Origin: Halocafeteria seosinensis
Lineage: Eukaryota
Direction: 5' to 3'
DNA length: 44,539 nt
Assembly: GCA_001687465.1 (NCBI GenBank)
Contig: LVLI01000534.1
Span: 1 to 44,539 of the forward strand
How positions within the stretch are numbered: position 1 is the first letter of the stretch; each line of letters opens with the position of its first letter. Under the pieces are notes generated by a model that saw nothing but the letters and a program-made list of their open reading frames with translations, was not told the DNA's origin and did no database searches. Shown here piece by piece: positions 21,418 to 34,300 of this stretch. The position numbers were made by a program, and so were the translations under genes.

Positions 21418-24400
21418 ATGACTTCACAAGCCCCAGATGAGCATGCTACAGCTCCTCCCGGAATCTCCATATCGGTCGAGTCAACAGCGCAGAGCTTTGC
21501 ATCTAGGAATGGGATCGAGGACAAAGCGAGAACGGAGTCGGTGCTATCCGAGTACGATGATTTCGACAGCCTTCGCGGGAGAAAACCAACCAGTCCACAC
21601 ATTATGCCGTCTGTACCGAGTCGGATGATACTGGCATTTCGGGGAGGTTTAGTCGGATTCCTGAGCTCTGTGTGGTGCTTGCATCCCCAACTAGGCGACA
21701 CTATTTTACAGCTTCGTGTTCTCGTTCCCTTACTAGCTGTTATTTCGGGGATGGCTCCTACCAAGGGGATCTCGGTTAGACTCACAGTGTTGCTCTTGGT
21801 CGCTGTGGGGTCAGCTGCTCTCTATGTAGCATGCTGGTTTGCACTCTTTGGGTCATCCGAGGTTTCTGCGACGTTTGCAATACTAGTAGCTGGCTTCACC
21901 ACCTACTCGCTGAATGTCCGCCAGCCTGTGCAAAAAGTACTCCCTGGAATCGTTGCTATTCTTACTCTAATACAGTTCACAACAACTGAAACAAGAGAGA
22001 GCGATGTTTGGCAGGCGCTGGGGTCTGCATCGCTTGGTTGTTTGGTGGGGGTGCTTTCTAACGTTATTCCGTTGCCTTTGACTACATCCGTTCCGATTTC
22101 GTCGAACAGCTTACGGCTGGTGGAAGATACTTCATGTGGCGAGTTGCACATTCGTCTCCAGGAAGCAACAACATTGACGAACCTTTCCTTCCAAACCGCA
22201 GTACAAGCATTTGGGATGGGAAACAAATGGAGTTTCCAAATAGAAGAAGAGTGTGGGAGTGAATCCCCAAAAACACCGCAGCTAGTAGAGGACTCGTCCG
22301 GCTCCGGTTCGGGGGTGGGTTCACTTCCGAGGTTTCGGCTAACGCAGGCATTTCTGGCTAATCTTTTGCATTCAGTGTCCCAACATTTATACAGCATAGC
22401 AGCACTAAAACTCCCATCGCGATGGGAAGAACGCGTTACCTTCCGTAGTTGGACCTGTCGGAACAGATTGTCTGCTGATGAGCTGAACGAGTTATGGTCA
22501 GATCCACTCTTTAAACTATCGAGGATTTTAAGGTTCATTACGGGAGCTATTGCACGATTGGAGGAAGTGCTACAGGAGAGGTCTTCGGCAAACCGTTCAA
22601 CGTTGAAGAACTCTACGCTTCGTAAAGTAGCTCTGTCTTATATGCGAGCATCGCATCCCTTCATAGAGGAAGTAACAATACGATGCGTGGATTGTCTAGA
22701 CAAGGCTCGGAGAGTGGGGGATAGGAGCTTCCACGGGAAATTGCAGAAGACCGAAGTTGCTCAAGCACTGTCGTCTATGGAGGAGGCAGAAGCACGCGTT
22801 GCGGAGGCTATAAACCGTTGGAGTCAACAACAGCAGAAGATTCGCTCTGAGCTCTTTGTGCACTCTTCTCATCTAGACACTTCCATAATTCATACTTCTC
22901 CCGATACCGAGTATGATATGCTGACCAAGATTAATTGCGTGTACGCATTTTTCCTGGGAGTTCGCCGGTATGCAGAAGTGTCTCTGTTTGTCTCGCGTTC
23001 AGTCAAACAGAAACTACGAAACAAGTCTGCGGAGGGGGAGGCAAGTAGTCTTGCCTGCCAATGGACGCCGCTGAAGAACTACTTGAAACACCTTAAACCA
23101 GATAATGACTCATTGAAATATGCTCTCAAGGCTACATTGTCTCTTATGCTGGCCTCCAGTTTGTCATTAATACCGGCCTTGAGGGCTAGACTGAAGTTTG
23201 CTCATTGGGCCGCAGCTGCTGTGGCGTTTGTGGCTTCTCGCGCAGAATCGATCACGTACCAGCAGGGTATAAGCAGGCTCCAAGGTACTGCAGTGGGTTC
23301 TGCCATTGGCTTCCTCGTACTAATTTTTGGTGACGGTCGTGTTTGGGCTAGTGCTATTGCAATGAGCATTTTCATAGGTTTGTGTTACGGGGTTTACGCG
23401 AATGGGGAACAACCTCTGTCGGATGCTGCTCGGGTCGCTGCATTTACCTCCGGGATTATTGCGTTGAGCTCTCACGAGGACTCCTCAAGCGCATCCGAGG
23501 CGGCCCTCTTCCGAGTACTTACTAACGTATTGGGAGTAATCATCCTCCTTGCTGTGATGATGTCAATATTGCGACAAACCGCTTCGGACAGTGTGTGGGC
23601 AACACTAGAACACTCACTCAATCTTCTCTCTAGGGCACTAGACAATAGTGCTGAAGAAATTACCTACTCGTTGGATGCCAAATCGTGTGACGAAGATCGC
23701 TTGCTAACATCGTCTGCAACTATCGACCGAGTTCACTCAACTCTAGATCAGTGCAAAGCATTTCTTCCTCAGGCAGAAACTGAACCCTTGCAGTGGAGTT
23801 TGCCCTTTGACCCTGATCTAGAAGGGGCAATTTTTCGCAGCTTAGTCAGAGATGTACAGCGAGCCACCCGTGCTACTGCGGCTATCAACCAGTGTTGCCT
23901 GCAGCTAGAAAAACAATTGCCGTTTGAAACTGCCCTCATGGTTAAACAAATGATTTCCAATCGGAACAGTATTTCTTTCAACATGAGCTTATGCATTATC
24001 ATTGCGGAGACGTGCGCTGTGAATTTGGTACCAATGAAAGGCTATGTCAATGCGGTGGTCTCTTTGCTGAAGGAGGTAACAGGTGTCCTTAGTCAAGGAC
24101 GGGCCACTCGTCTAACGGAGAACAGCTACAAGAGGCTACAAGATATTGAACGGAAGTTGCACAAGGCTCAAATTTGCCATTCTCATGCGCAGCACGTATT
24201 TGAGAATACTCTAAGATTACGCCTTGAAATCGAGCAGCGTCTGAAGAGCGAGCCCGATCGACAATTGGAATTGATTCAGGAGAGTGAAAGCCAGTGCATA
24301 GCCTGGAGTGACGACGTTCGACGACGGTTCCTTGAAGGAACTCCCGATAATGGAGAAGCCAAAGCTTTCGTATCGGACGACGAATCTTCCAATGCTTTGC

Positions 24401-24519
24401 GATTACTGTACCTAGTGTTTCCAACGCTTTCTTTTGCCCTGGATGAAATGGTGGAAGCAATGAGAAGCATTACTATAAGAGTGTTGGAGCTTCGCTTGGC
24501 AGTGTGTACGTTTAGTTGA
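21418..24519 (+). CDS. FUSC/ALMT-like (aromatic acid exporter superfamily) membrane protein with two TM modules
   Basis: Two ~6-helix hydrophobic blocks separated by helical soluble regions. The second block has YALK...WAAAAVAFV...GISRLQGTAVGSAIG, typical of FUSC_2/ALMT. A possible in-frame intron near 23941-24009 is unconfirmed. Confidence 0.75.
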   Translation: MTSQAPDEHATAPPGISISVESTAQSFASRNGIEDKARTESVLSEYDDFDSLRGRKPTSPHIMPSVPSRMILAFRGGLVGFLSSVWCLHPQLGDTILQLRVLVPLLAVISGMAPTKGISVRLTVLLLVAVGSAALYVACWFALFGSSEVSATFAILVAGFTTYSLNVRQPVQKVLPGIVAILTLIQFTTTETRESDVWQALGSASLGCLVGVLSNVIPLPLTTSVPISSNSLRLVEDTSCGELHIRLQEATTLTNLSFQTAVQAFGMGNKWSFQIEEECGSESPKTPQLVEDSSGSGSGVGSLPRFRLTQAFLANLLHSVSQHLYSIAALKLPSRWEERVTFRSWTCRNRLSADELNELWSDPLFKLSRILRFITGAIARLEEVLQERSSANRSTLKNSTLRKVALSYMRASHPFIEEVTIRCVDCLDKARRVGDRSFHGKLQKTEVAQALSSMEEAEARVAEAINRWSQQQQKIRSELFVHSSHLDTSIIHTSPDTEYDMLTKINCVYAFFLGVRRYAEVSLFVSRSVKQKLRNKSAEGEASSLACQWTPLKNYLKHLKPDNDSLKYALKATLSLMLASSLSLIPALRARLKFAHWAAAAVAFVASRAESITYQQGISRLQGTAVGSAIGFLVLIFGDGRVWASAIAMSIFIGLCYGVYANGEQPLSDAARVAAFTSGIIALSSHEDSSSASEAALFRVLTNVLGVIILLAVMMSILRQTASDSVWATLEHSLNLLSRALDNSAEEITYSLDAKSCDEDRLLTSSATIDRVHSTLDQCKAFLPQAETEPLQWSLPFDPDLEGAIFRSLVRDVQRATRATAAINQCCLQLEKQLPFETALMVKQMISNRNSISFNMSLCIIIAETCAVNLVPMKGYVNAVVSLLKEVTGVLSQGRATRLTENSYKRLQDIERKLHKAQICHSHAQHVFENTLRLRLEIEQRLKSEPDRQLELIQESESQCIAWSDDVRRRFLEGTPDNGEAKAFVSDDESSNALRLLYLVFPTLSFALDEMVEAMRSITIRVLELRLAVCTFS

Positions 24520-24915
24520 CTTAGTTTAGTTACTTTAGCATGGATCCAAAATGTGGTTGTTGGGGTGGCAATTTCGATGATCCTATCATTTGATCTCTGG
24601 AAAAAGCGAATTGAATCTGGACAACAGCCCTAAATGCCGTGGTTCAAGCAATGCTTCTAAGGCGCTAGTAGGATCACTCGCACTGCTAATTTGAGCAGAA
24701 AGACGGGATCCGGTCGAAATATGCTATTTTCATTTTTACAGCGCTTTGAAGGATCTCATGATGCTGGTGTAACATATGAAGCAACACTGGCCACAACCAA
24801 GCGGGATTGAGCATAAATCAGCCATGTGTAATGCCATTGCGGCAGAAGGCAGTTGTCGTTTTAAGTTCAAATCAATACAACTTTGCCCCACATAGTGCCA
24901 CTCTTATTCTCTTTA

Positions 24916-24967
24916 TGGCATTGCCACGGTGGTACCACCAGTGACGTCACACTTGAAGTGTAAGCTT
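24916..24967. promoter_or_regulatory. Run of five abutting palindromes including a CRE-type TGACGTCA site
   Basis: TGGCA-T-TGCCA, GGTGGTACCACC, GTGACGTCAC, ACACTT-G-AAGTGT and AAGCTT back to back, ~370 bp upstream of the ATG at 25336. The palindromes are seen directly; regulatory function is inferred. Confidence 0.4.
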
Positions 24968-25335
24968 GCGACCGACTGTCCTGCGACCCTGTGTGTGCGA
25001 GATAGCCAGTGAGACTGCTTCCTCTTGGAAGTCAGCCTTGCGATGCTGGTTAAACCCCCAGTTTTCCGCGTTCAATGAGTTTGAAAAGCATCTCATACTG
25101 ATATAGCAAAGAGGTAGGAAAACAGCGAACCTATCGTATATGGCATACTGTAAAGCTTTCTGAATTGTTTGAACCCCAGTTTACAGCCAAGACTCAGGCT
25201 CGCCAGTTCAAGCTCTAGTTAGCAGTATAAGTCCACATGCATGTCCTTTTTCATTTTTGGTTGGAGAAATCTTGGTGAGGAGTCTTCTGTTTGTTTTTGA
25301 AGGAAGGATTGATTCAATACGAGGCGCTTGGAAAG

Positions 25336-28300
25336 ATGTGGAAGGGGTACTTGCACCAGACAGCGCTTGCGCTGGCGTTAGTGGCAATGCTGAGTGCAAC
25401 TGCCTACTCGTCCAGCACCCCTACTCCATCTTCGAGTGCATCGAGTAGTTTAACTCCGACTAGCTCAACCTCTGTGACGGGTACGTCGGCGGAATCACCT
25501 TCTTCTACTGCAACTGGTTCCTCCTCCGGCACTAGTACCCCGTCCTCCACGGGTTCAAAAACGTCTTCGCCAACGAGTACACCGAGTGTGAGTACTACAC
25601 CTTCGCCGACTTCATCCGGTAGTAATTCTCCTACTGCATCAGAAACCGCGACTCATTCCACTACAATCACACCTACACCTTCCCTATCTGCGACGGAGAC
25701 ACGGACCCCTTCGATGACTCCGTCCGAAAGCTCGACACCCACTGGAACACCCTCTGAGACTTCTACCTCCACACCAACTCCCTCTTCATCTGTGACGGAG
25801 ACAAGAACGTCTACATCGACTCCGTCTGAAAGCTCGACTGCCACTGGTACATCCTCCGAAACCTCCACCCCATCGGAATCCGCGACAGTTTCAGCGACGG
25901 TCACGAGCAGCTCCACACCGACATCGTCCTCGACACCGACGCATACACCCACAGGAACTCCCACCGCGAGTTCATCAGCGGATTGCCCTTGCCCAGCAGG
26001 CTATCGCTGTGAATTTGGCGTCAGAGAACTGTGTGATGAGGGACAGTTTTCGGGTGTGGGTGACACCACATGTCACGATTGCCCATCCGGTCATAGCTGC
26101 CTTTCAGGAATGGCTCATCCGGGTATGTCACTGTTTTTGAGACCTAAGTTATGACGAAGCACATCGATCACCTGCGTTTGTATTCGAGATCTCTGCAGAA
26201 CGCTGCCCGAATGGGACATACTCTTTGGGGAAGCAAGGTATTGAAGAACCTAATATAGTCTGATATCCTGACCAGCGTAACGGGATTGAACTGTTGCAGG
26301 CTATTGTATCTCATGTCCTCCTGGTTTTAGCTGTCCTTTACCTGATGACCCTCCTGAACCGTGTCCACGCGGCAGTTTCAGCATTTTGGGTGTGGACAGT
26401 TGCACGATGTGGTAAGTGAGAAGATGTACTCATACGCACCTACTGGAAATGTGGTTACCAGTTCCCATACACCTGCTCCAGTCCTCCCGGTAGCTATACC
26501 CCGGGAAACGGCTCTTCAAAGTGTTGGACATGCCCCCAAGATTTCTCCTGTCTTGATCCTAGCGAGCCACCACAGTCTTGCGGAGAAGGGAGCTTCTCGT
26601 TCGAAGGGTCAAGTACTTGTCAGAGGTGCCCTCCTCAAGGCGCAGCTGGAAATGAGAACACGACGTCAAGTACGTGTAGTCCTTGTCCCGCCGGATTCAG
26701 CTGCGAAACGCTCGATGGGCCTACCCGGTGCCCAGTAGGCTGGGTTTCTTCCGTTGGCGAGGCTTCGTGCTCGAAGTGTAGTAATGGCACGTTTGCTGAA
26801 CCATCTCAAGAAGACTGCAAAGAGTGTCCTCTCGGTCATGCATGCGGGGATGCAACATGGAGCCCGACTCCCTGCGAAGCTGGATATTTTGCATCTGAAC
26901 AAGGATTGGATACCTGCTTACCGTGTCCAGCCGGAACGTTTTGTTCGGGGCGTGGTTCGGTGCATCCTCAGTTGTGCCCTAATGGCACAGTATCGGATAC
27001 GGCATCACTTGGTTGCACGGAGTGCCAAAGGGGTTTTCAATGTACTGATCCTGCAACCGCTCCGGGACAGCCCTGTGCAGTTGGCCAATATGTCGTCTTG
27101 GTGGAAAGTGGTCTTTCCTTGTGCGCTAGTTGCCCCGCGGGGTTTGCTTGTCCATCAGTAGCAGAACCCCCGGAACCATGTCCGCAAGGTAGGCCAATAT
27201 GTCTATGAAGGACTCCACGCAAAAACGTTGAACTTGTGTGTTGTTTCCTTATGCGACCACTGCAGGTACATTCTCCTTGGGAAACAATACCGCGTGTACC
27301 CCATGCCCCCCAGGCTATAAGTGTCCATCAGTGGCGCATATGCCGATTAGTTGTTCGATGGGATCCTTCGCAACGAATGGGTCAACCGAGTGTGCTTTGT
27401 GTCCTCGCGGCTATTTCTGTCCCACAACTTCAAGTGTGCCGCTGCAATGCCCTCAAGGACACTACGCTGACACGACAGGTATGACCGAATGCGAAGCTTG
27501 CCCTGCAGGTACGTAACATGCTCGGAGAGAATGAACTTGATTGGGAAGTAATGCTGTTTTTGCAACGTCAGGGTTTTCGTGTCCCGATCCCTCCAAATCA
27601 CCGCGTCGCTGTGTCTTCGGTTCATTTTCTAAAGAGAAAGCTCTAGAATGTTCGGATTGCCCTCCAGGTTATAAATGCCCCTCTTCTAGCGGTGATCCCA
27701 TCGCCTGCCCAGCAGGCACGTTTTCCACGGGCCATCAAGGCGTGTGTACCCCTTGCCCGCCAGGCTATGGTAGGTGGTGGTCGTGCTGAATTAGAAGCAA
27801 AATTTTCATGAGATCGTTCTACTCTTTTATCTGGCGAACGCAGAATGTCCTTATACAACCATTGACGTACTCCGACCGTGCCAGAGCGGATATGTTTCGG
27901 GAAACAACTTTACAGCCTGTGTCCCATGTCCAGCAGGTCACGACTGCACTTCGGCAGATATTGATCAAGCAGTGGAGTGCCCCGAGGATCATTTCTCCGA
28001 GGCGGGAGTAGCCCGATGCACACCCTGTCCTGCCGGCTTCTCGTGCCACAATCAGACTGCCGTTACACACCCTTGTCCTCCTGGCACATACTCTTCTGAT
28101 GGACAATGCAAGATTTGTGAAGCAGGGGACGTATGCTATGATCCCGAAGAAGGGGGAAGTACAGGAACTTGCGACGGAGCCGGAGAATATAGTCGCGAAG
28201 GAGACGTTGTCTGTAGAATATGCCCTCCAGGTTATGACTGTAGTGGCGGAAATACCGAGGAGGACCTACAACGATGTAGTCCCGGTGAATACTCCGTGGA

Positions 28301-31300
28301 CCCCAATAGTGGCTGTCAAACCTGTCCGGCTGGGCAAATGTGCCCATCAGTGGAAGAACTACCGCTTCAGTGTCCTCCTGGAAGTTGGTCTGTAACAGGC
28401 AGTGTGAATTGCACAACCTGTTCAGCTGGGTAAGTATTATGGTCATTGTTGGGATACATATAGTGCATGAAACGCGTGATACACCACAGGTACTACTGCC
28501 CTTGGCCTGCTGCTAACGACGAAATCATTTGTCCGCGAGGAACTTGGAGCAAAGCAGGAATGACAGTGTGTCGACTGTGCTCGGCGGGATATTTATGGTA
28601 CGGCAATACAATTTTCATTCAGTGGCATGTATATGCTGTGTTACGTTGTTGTTATCACTCTCGCTTTACTCTGGTGCAGCCCCCCTGGAAGCACTGAACC
28701 TTCTTATCTGAATGAAACTCAATGTAATGTAGAACCTGGGACGTATTTTTCGCTAGCGGGACGTCAAGATGTAAACGGTATAGAAGACGACCAAGAAACC
28801 GAGGAGTGTCCACCCGGAACCTATGGTATCAAGTCCTGTGGCTCGGGTTTCGATGAGGCATGTTTGACCTGTCCTCCTGGACAATATTGTCGAGAAAGCG
28901 GTAGCACTATTATTGATAACTCGACTAGAGGCATCTGTGGTGTTGGCCACTTCTGCCCTGCTGGTACATCCGAGCCATTATTGTGTCCTGCGGGAACATA
29001 TCAACCGGGAGAGGAAAAGGCATCCAGGCATGATTGCCTCATTTGTCCGGAAGGCTTTTATTGTCCACTATCCGGAACAGTGAATCCAGTGGAATGCATG
29101 GAGGGATTTTTTTGTCCTCCTGCAACTGTGAACTCTACCCAAAACCCTTGCGCTGCTGGAACGTGGTCTAATGTCAGTGGTATCACGAGTGCAGATCAGT
29201 GCCAGAGTTGCCCTGCCGGTAATTACTGTCCAACAGGCTCGAGCTTCCCAATCCCATGCCCCCAAGGAACGTACAATCAACATAATGGTGCTATGACTCT
29301 GAGTGGGTGTCAACCTTGTGATGCAGGGACTTCTTGCACCGTTACTGGTTTAGTTTTTCCAAACGAGAACTGCATGCCAGGGTAAGGGATTTCCTTAAAA
29401 ACACAATACATTGTGTCAATGATACTTTTTCTCCCCTTTCCCTTGACAACAGGCATTACTGCCCACCGGGAGCTGTCACTGGATCTGAGTATCCATGTCC
29501 TCGGGGAACGTTCACCGCCAATGATAGTTTGACCCTTGCAGCACAATGTACTACATGGTAAGTGAGCGTGTCACCCAGGACCGATATATGAAATACAACG
29601 AAGAACCATTTGGTACTCTTCTAACGCCGTGGAATGCTATGACAGCCCCGCGGGATATGCTTGTCCTCAAGGAAGTGGTGGTAGCCAACCTGTGGAGTCG
29701 TGCCAACCCGGGCACTATTGTCCGGCTGGTACAGGTTCTCCAACTGCCAATCCGTGCCGGCCAGGCACATGGTCGCCCCTCAACAATTTAACGTCCGAAG
29801 AAGAATGTTCTGTATGTCCTGAAGGTCACTACTGCGTCGGTGGAAAAGCGGAGGTGTCAGGTGAATGTGCTCGGGGGCATTACTGTCCTTCAGGTACGTC
29901 TGGGTTGGAAACCGTTACGTGTAATCTTCGTCGCCACATAGCTGTTTATGTTTTCAGGAACCACCTGGCCTACGTCCCATCCTTGTGAGGCGGGGACTTT
30001 TTATCCCCACACCAACGGAACCCAGCAAGCAGACTGTTTCGCTTGCCCTCCTGGCTCCTACTGCCTTGACAGCAGCAGCTTTCCACGATCATGCTTGGCG
30101 GGAACCTTCGCTAACACAAGCCGTTTTGAAATGCCAAATCGCACAAGCACAGGCTTCCCAGAGTGCAATATATGCCCTGCCGGTTACTTCTGTGAGGAAG
30201 GTACTGTTACACCGCGTCCATGTGGCAAAGGCTATTTCTCGAAATCCGGGGAATCAGAATGTATGTGAAGAAGGGTGTGACTTTTCTGAGTAGGTTTGGA
30301 GCACGTGTGAGGTTTTTGTGTAGCAGGTAGGAAGTGCTTGACTGGGTTCTATTGCGATAAGGATGACACTTCATATGACGATATGGTTGCTCACAAAATC
30401 TGTGAAGGAGGCCTTGTATGCAATGAGGGGATGGATCGAAGTCCAAGCAGCCCGGGGGACAATTGTCCTAAGGGTCATTTTTGTCCTTCTTCAGCCGGGC
30501 TGTTTCCTATTACTCTGTATCCTCGCCCATGCCCGGCTGGTACCCATGCTCTGAAGGGAGGGCAGGCTGAATGCGATCCCTGTCCTTCAGGTAGCTTTTG
30601 TCTTGAGAAAGCCATTGAACCTACAGGAAACTGCTCTGCTGGATTTGTTTGTCCCGAAGGTTCAACCTCGCGTACACAAATTCCTTGTCCAGGTTAGTGG
30701 TTTTCAACGAAGGTTTGTTTTCTTTATCGTTGCAAAGTCTCGCGATACTTAGCTGCAGCTGGGACTTACCTTCCGACAAGCGGAGGCAAAAACGAAAACG
30801 AATGTCAAGCATGCCCCCAGGGCTTTCGTTGCCCTGGAGGTGGAGTTGCTTCTCCACTGAAGTGCGAGAGTGGCGGATATTGCCCGGAAAATTCAACCAC
30901 ACTGCATCTGTGTCCTAAAGGAACGTTTGGAAACCAAACAGGGTCGGTGGCGGAGTCAGATTGTCAGCAGTGTCTCCCAGGGTTTTATTGTGACCAGACA
31001 GGCTTAGAGTCTCCCAAGGGACCATGTGATCCCGGGTACTTTTGCTCCGGCGGATCACCGGAGAAGCAACCGGGGAAGTTATTGGGACTTCTGGAAGTAG
31101 CATACGGGGGCCTGTGTCCGAAAGGAGGTTACTGCCCTCTTGGCTCCTTTGAACCTTCGTCATGCCCTAAGGGCACCTTCCTGAATGAAACCGGTCAACA
31201 ATCGTTCGATAGTTGTCGGGCGTGTACTTCTGGGTTCTATTGTGCCACTGATACACTTCCAGGACCTACCGGTCCCTGTTCTCCTGGATACTTTTGCAAC

Positions 31301-34300
31301 GGCTCCGCGGAGACCCCTACTCAATACAAAACACCACCTGGAGCGTTTACCCAAGCAGGAAGCTCGTCCCCTATCAACTGCCCCATAGGAACCTACAACT
31401 TCGAACCTGGGCAGAGTGAGTGTATACCATGCCCTGCTGGCCGCTTCTGTGATAGACCTCGAACAATCGAGCCCAATCTGTGTCTCCCAGGGCGCTATTG
31501 CCCAGTAGGGAGCTCGTTTCCGAGTCTATGCCCCAGCGGAACATTTAATGAATTCCAGGGTGGCGTTAATGTGAGCTCCTGCGTACCATGTACAGCGGGA
31601 CATTACTGCGCAAATCGGGGTTTAGAAAACCCCAGCGGTCTCTGTACGAGTGGACATTATTGCAGAATGGGTGCTACTGTTGATGACCCCGTCGATGAAA
31701 ACTTTGGCGACAGATGCCCTGCAGGATCGTTCTGCCCGAAAGGCACTTCGACTCCAGCACAATGCCCTCCAGGGACGTTTAACCCTAATACAGGTGCCCA
31801 CGGCTCCGATGCTTGTCAGGGCTGCCCGCCTGGGAAATTTTGCCCCGGAGGGAGTCCAGAGACATTAGACTGTACCGCCGGCTTCTGGTAAGAAGCGTCA
31901 TGTTGATCGTCAGTTCACTGCCTATCGATCTGCATTGGTTTTTTTATGTCAGGTGCTCGGGTAATACGCCGGTGGGTTCTCCTTACAATGAGAGCTTTGG
32001 TAGCATTTGTTCCCCTGGGTTCGCATGCCCTCAAGGCAGTAGCGCTCCAATCCGGTGTTCGCCTGGGACATTTGCAAACGAATCTGGTTTGAGTGACTGC
32101 GCTCCTTGCTTTGAAGGGTTTGAGTGTCCCGATGAAGGCCAAGTAGAACCAGAACAGTGCCCCAAAGGTAGTTATTGCCCCGAAGGAACTTCTTCAGATG
32201 TGCAGCCTTGCCCCGTTGGAACGTTCCTGCCGACAAAAGGCGGAATGAGTCTTGCGTCGTGCCAGCAGTGTCCTGAGGGATCGTTCTGCGATAATACTGG
32301 ATTGACGGCACCATCGGGATTATGCTCTGCAGGATATTACTGTCCCTTTTCAAGTACCAGTCCTGTCGAGAAGACCTGTCCACGAGGACACTACTGGTAT
32401 GTTTCGAACGTATAGCTGACAATGTCCTATGCGAAGGTTGTCATCTTGTCATCTCCGCAGCCCAAAGGGATCTGGTGTTCCAATGCCTTGCCCTATTGGC
32501 ACCATAAATCCGCTCGACAATCTACATCATCGAAATGGATGTCAGCTATGCCCTCCTGGAGCATTCTGCAATGAATCGGGTCTGCATAGCATTTCAGGTG
32601 AGAGTACAATGCTTTAAGAGAAGTAGGCGGGCCATATAGTACCACACTTTGCTCCAACTCAGGTCCATCATCTGCTGGGTTTTTCTCCGTTTTAGGTGCA
32701 ACCACCAGCACTCCACATTATGAGCTTGAGCTACACTTGGAATACGCCGACATCCTTTTGGAACCGACTATTCTTGGAGGTGATATCTGTCCCCGAGGGC
32801 ATTTTTGCCCGGAAGGTACAGGTCCTCGGCCTCTGCAATGCGGGGCAGGTACTTGGCAACCCGAACTGGGAATGAGTGGCCCGTGCCTACCGTGTCCAAG
32901 TGGCTATTTTTGTGGCAACGCGACTAGCGAGCTCAATGTCTCCAACCTTTGTCCACCTGGTTACGTTTGTCCTGAAGGCACCAAGCATCCATTCCAGATT
33001 CCGTGCCCTGCGGGCACTTTTCGGAATGTAACATATGGCCAGTCAATCGATGATTGTTTGCCTTGTCCTCCAGGGTTTTACTGCCAGCATCAAGGATCAA
33101 GTAGCGTGTCGGGAACATGTGATGCTGGGTTTTATTGCTCCCTCGAAGCCACAACCCCCACCCCCAACAACGCTACCCGTTTTGGTGGAGACGTATGTGT
33201 GGCCGGCGACTACTGTCCTGCGGGCTCCCCCGAAGCTCTCCCCTGTCCAGGTATGCTTCGGACAAATGCTGATGCTTCGCCCTCAAGCTAGAAATAGTCT
33301 TCTGGTATTAATAATGTGCAGGTGGACTATTTTGTACCGGTAATGGGATGTTAGCAGGTGAATGTAGTGCAGGGTACTATTGCATGCAGGCTAGTTTTAC
33401 GTCATCCCCGAGAGGTCAGTACAACGGTAGGCACGATACATACATCGGCGATGTCTGCCCTGTGGGGTCGTTCTGTCTAAATGGAAGTGTGACGCCTCAA
33501 CTATGTCCTTCGGGTACATGGAGCAACAACACTGGGTTGATAGCGCGTACAGAGTGCTCGCCTTGTCTTGGAGGCTTTGAATGCAGTGTTGCCGGAATCG
33601 ATGTACCTTCAATACTCTGTCGGCCTGGCTTTTACTGCCCGAATGGTACGGCTACACCAGGTGAGCTCTCAACGAAAAACTACCAGGCCGAATATGGAGC
33701 AACACTTTACGTAGTGCATTATTCAACGTGCAGATGCTTCAACACTATGCCCTGAAGGATATGCTTGTCCAGAGGGCAGCTCAGAGCCAATTCCATGCGA
33801 ACTCGGCAGATTTCAAAACTCGAGTGGACAAGCAAGCTGTTTGCCTTGTCCACCGGGATTTTCCTGCCCGACGCGAGGAACAAAGCAACCCCGAATTTGT
33901 ATACAAGGACACTACTGTCCTGCAGGCACCGGTGTTGAACATGAGTTCCCGTGCCCTTTGGGGACGTTTAATAATATGACTGGAATGGAATCCATCCGAA
34001 ACTGCACCGAATGCCCTCCCGGATATTATTGCGACAGTGCAGGTTTGAAAGATCCTTCTGGTAAGTGACGTGCTGAGCTGGGAGATCTTTATGAAGACGT
34101 GTCATCTATGCTCGAGTGCACAGGGTTGTGTCGTGCTGGGTTTTACTGTGTTTCGGGAGCCGCGGTTGCAGAACCTACTAGTCATTGCCCCAACACTGCG
34201 TCGTACCAGTGCCAGTGCAGCTTCCATCTTGAATGGCCGTTTTCGTTATCGAACAGCGGGAACACAAAGTCAACATGCGGAGATAATGCGACCACCGCTA

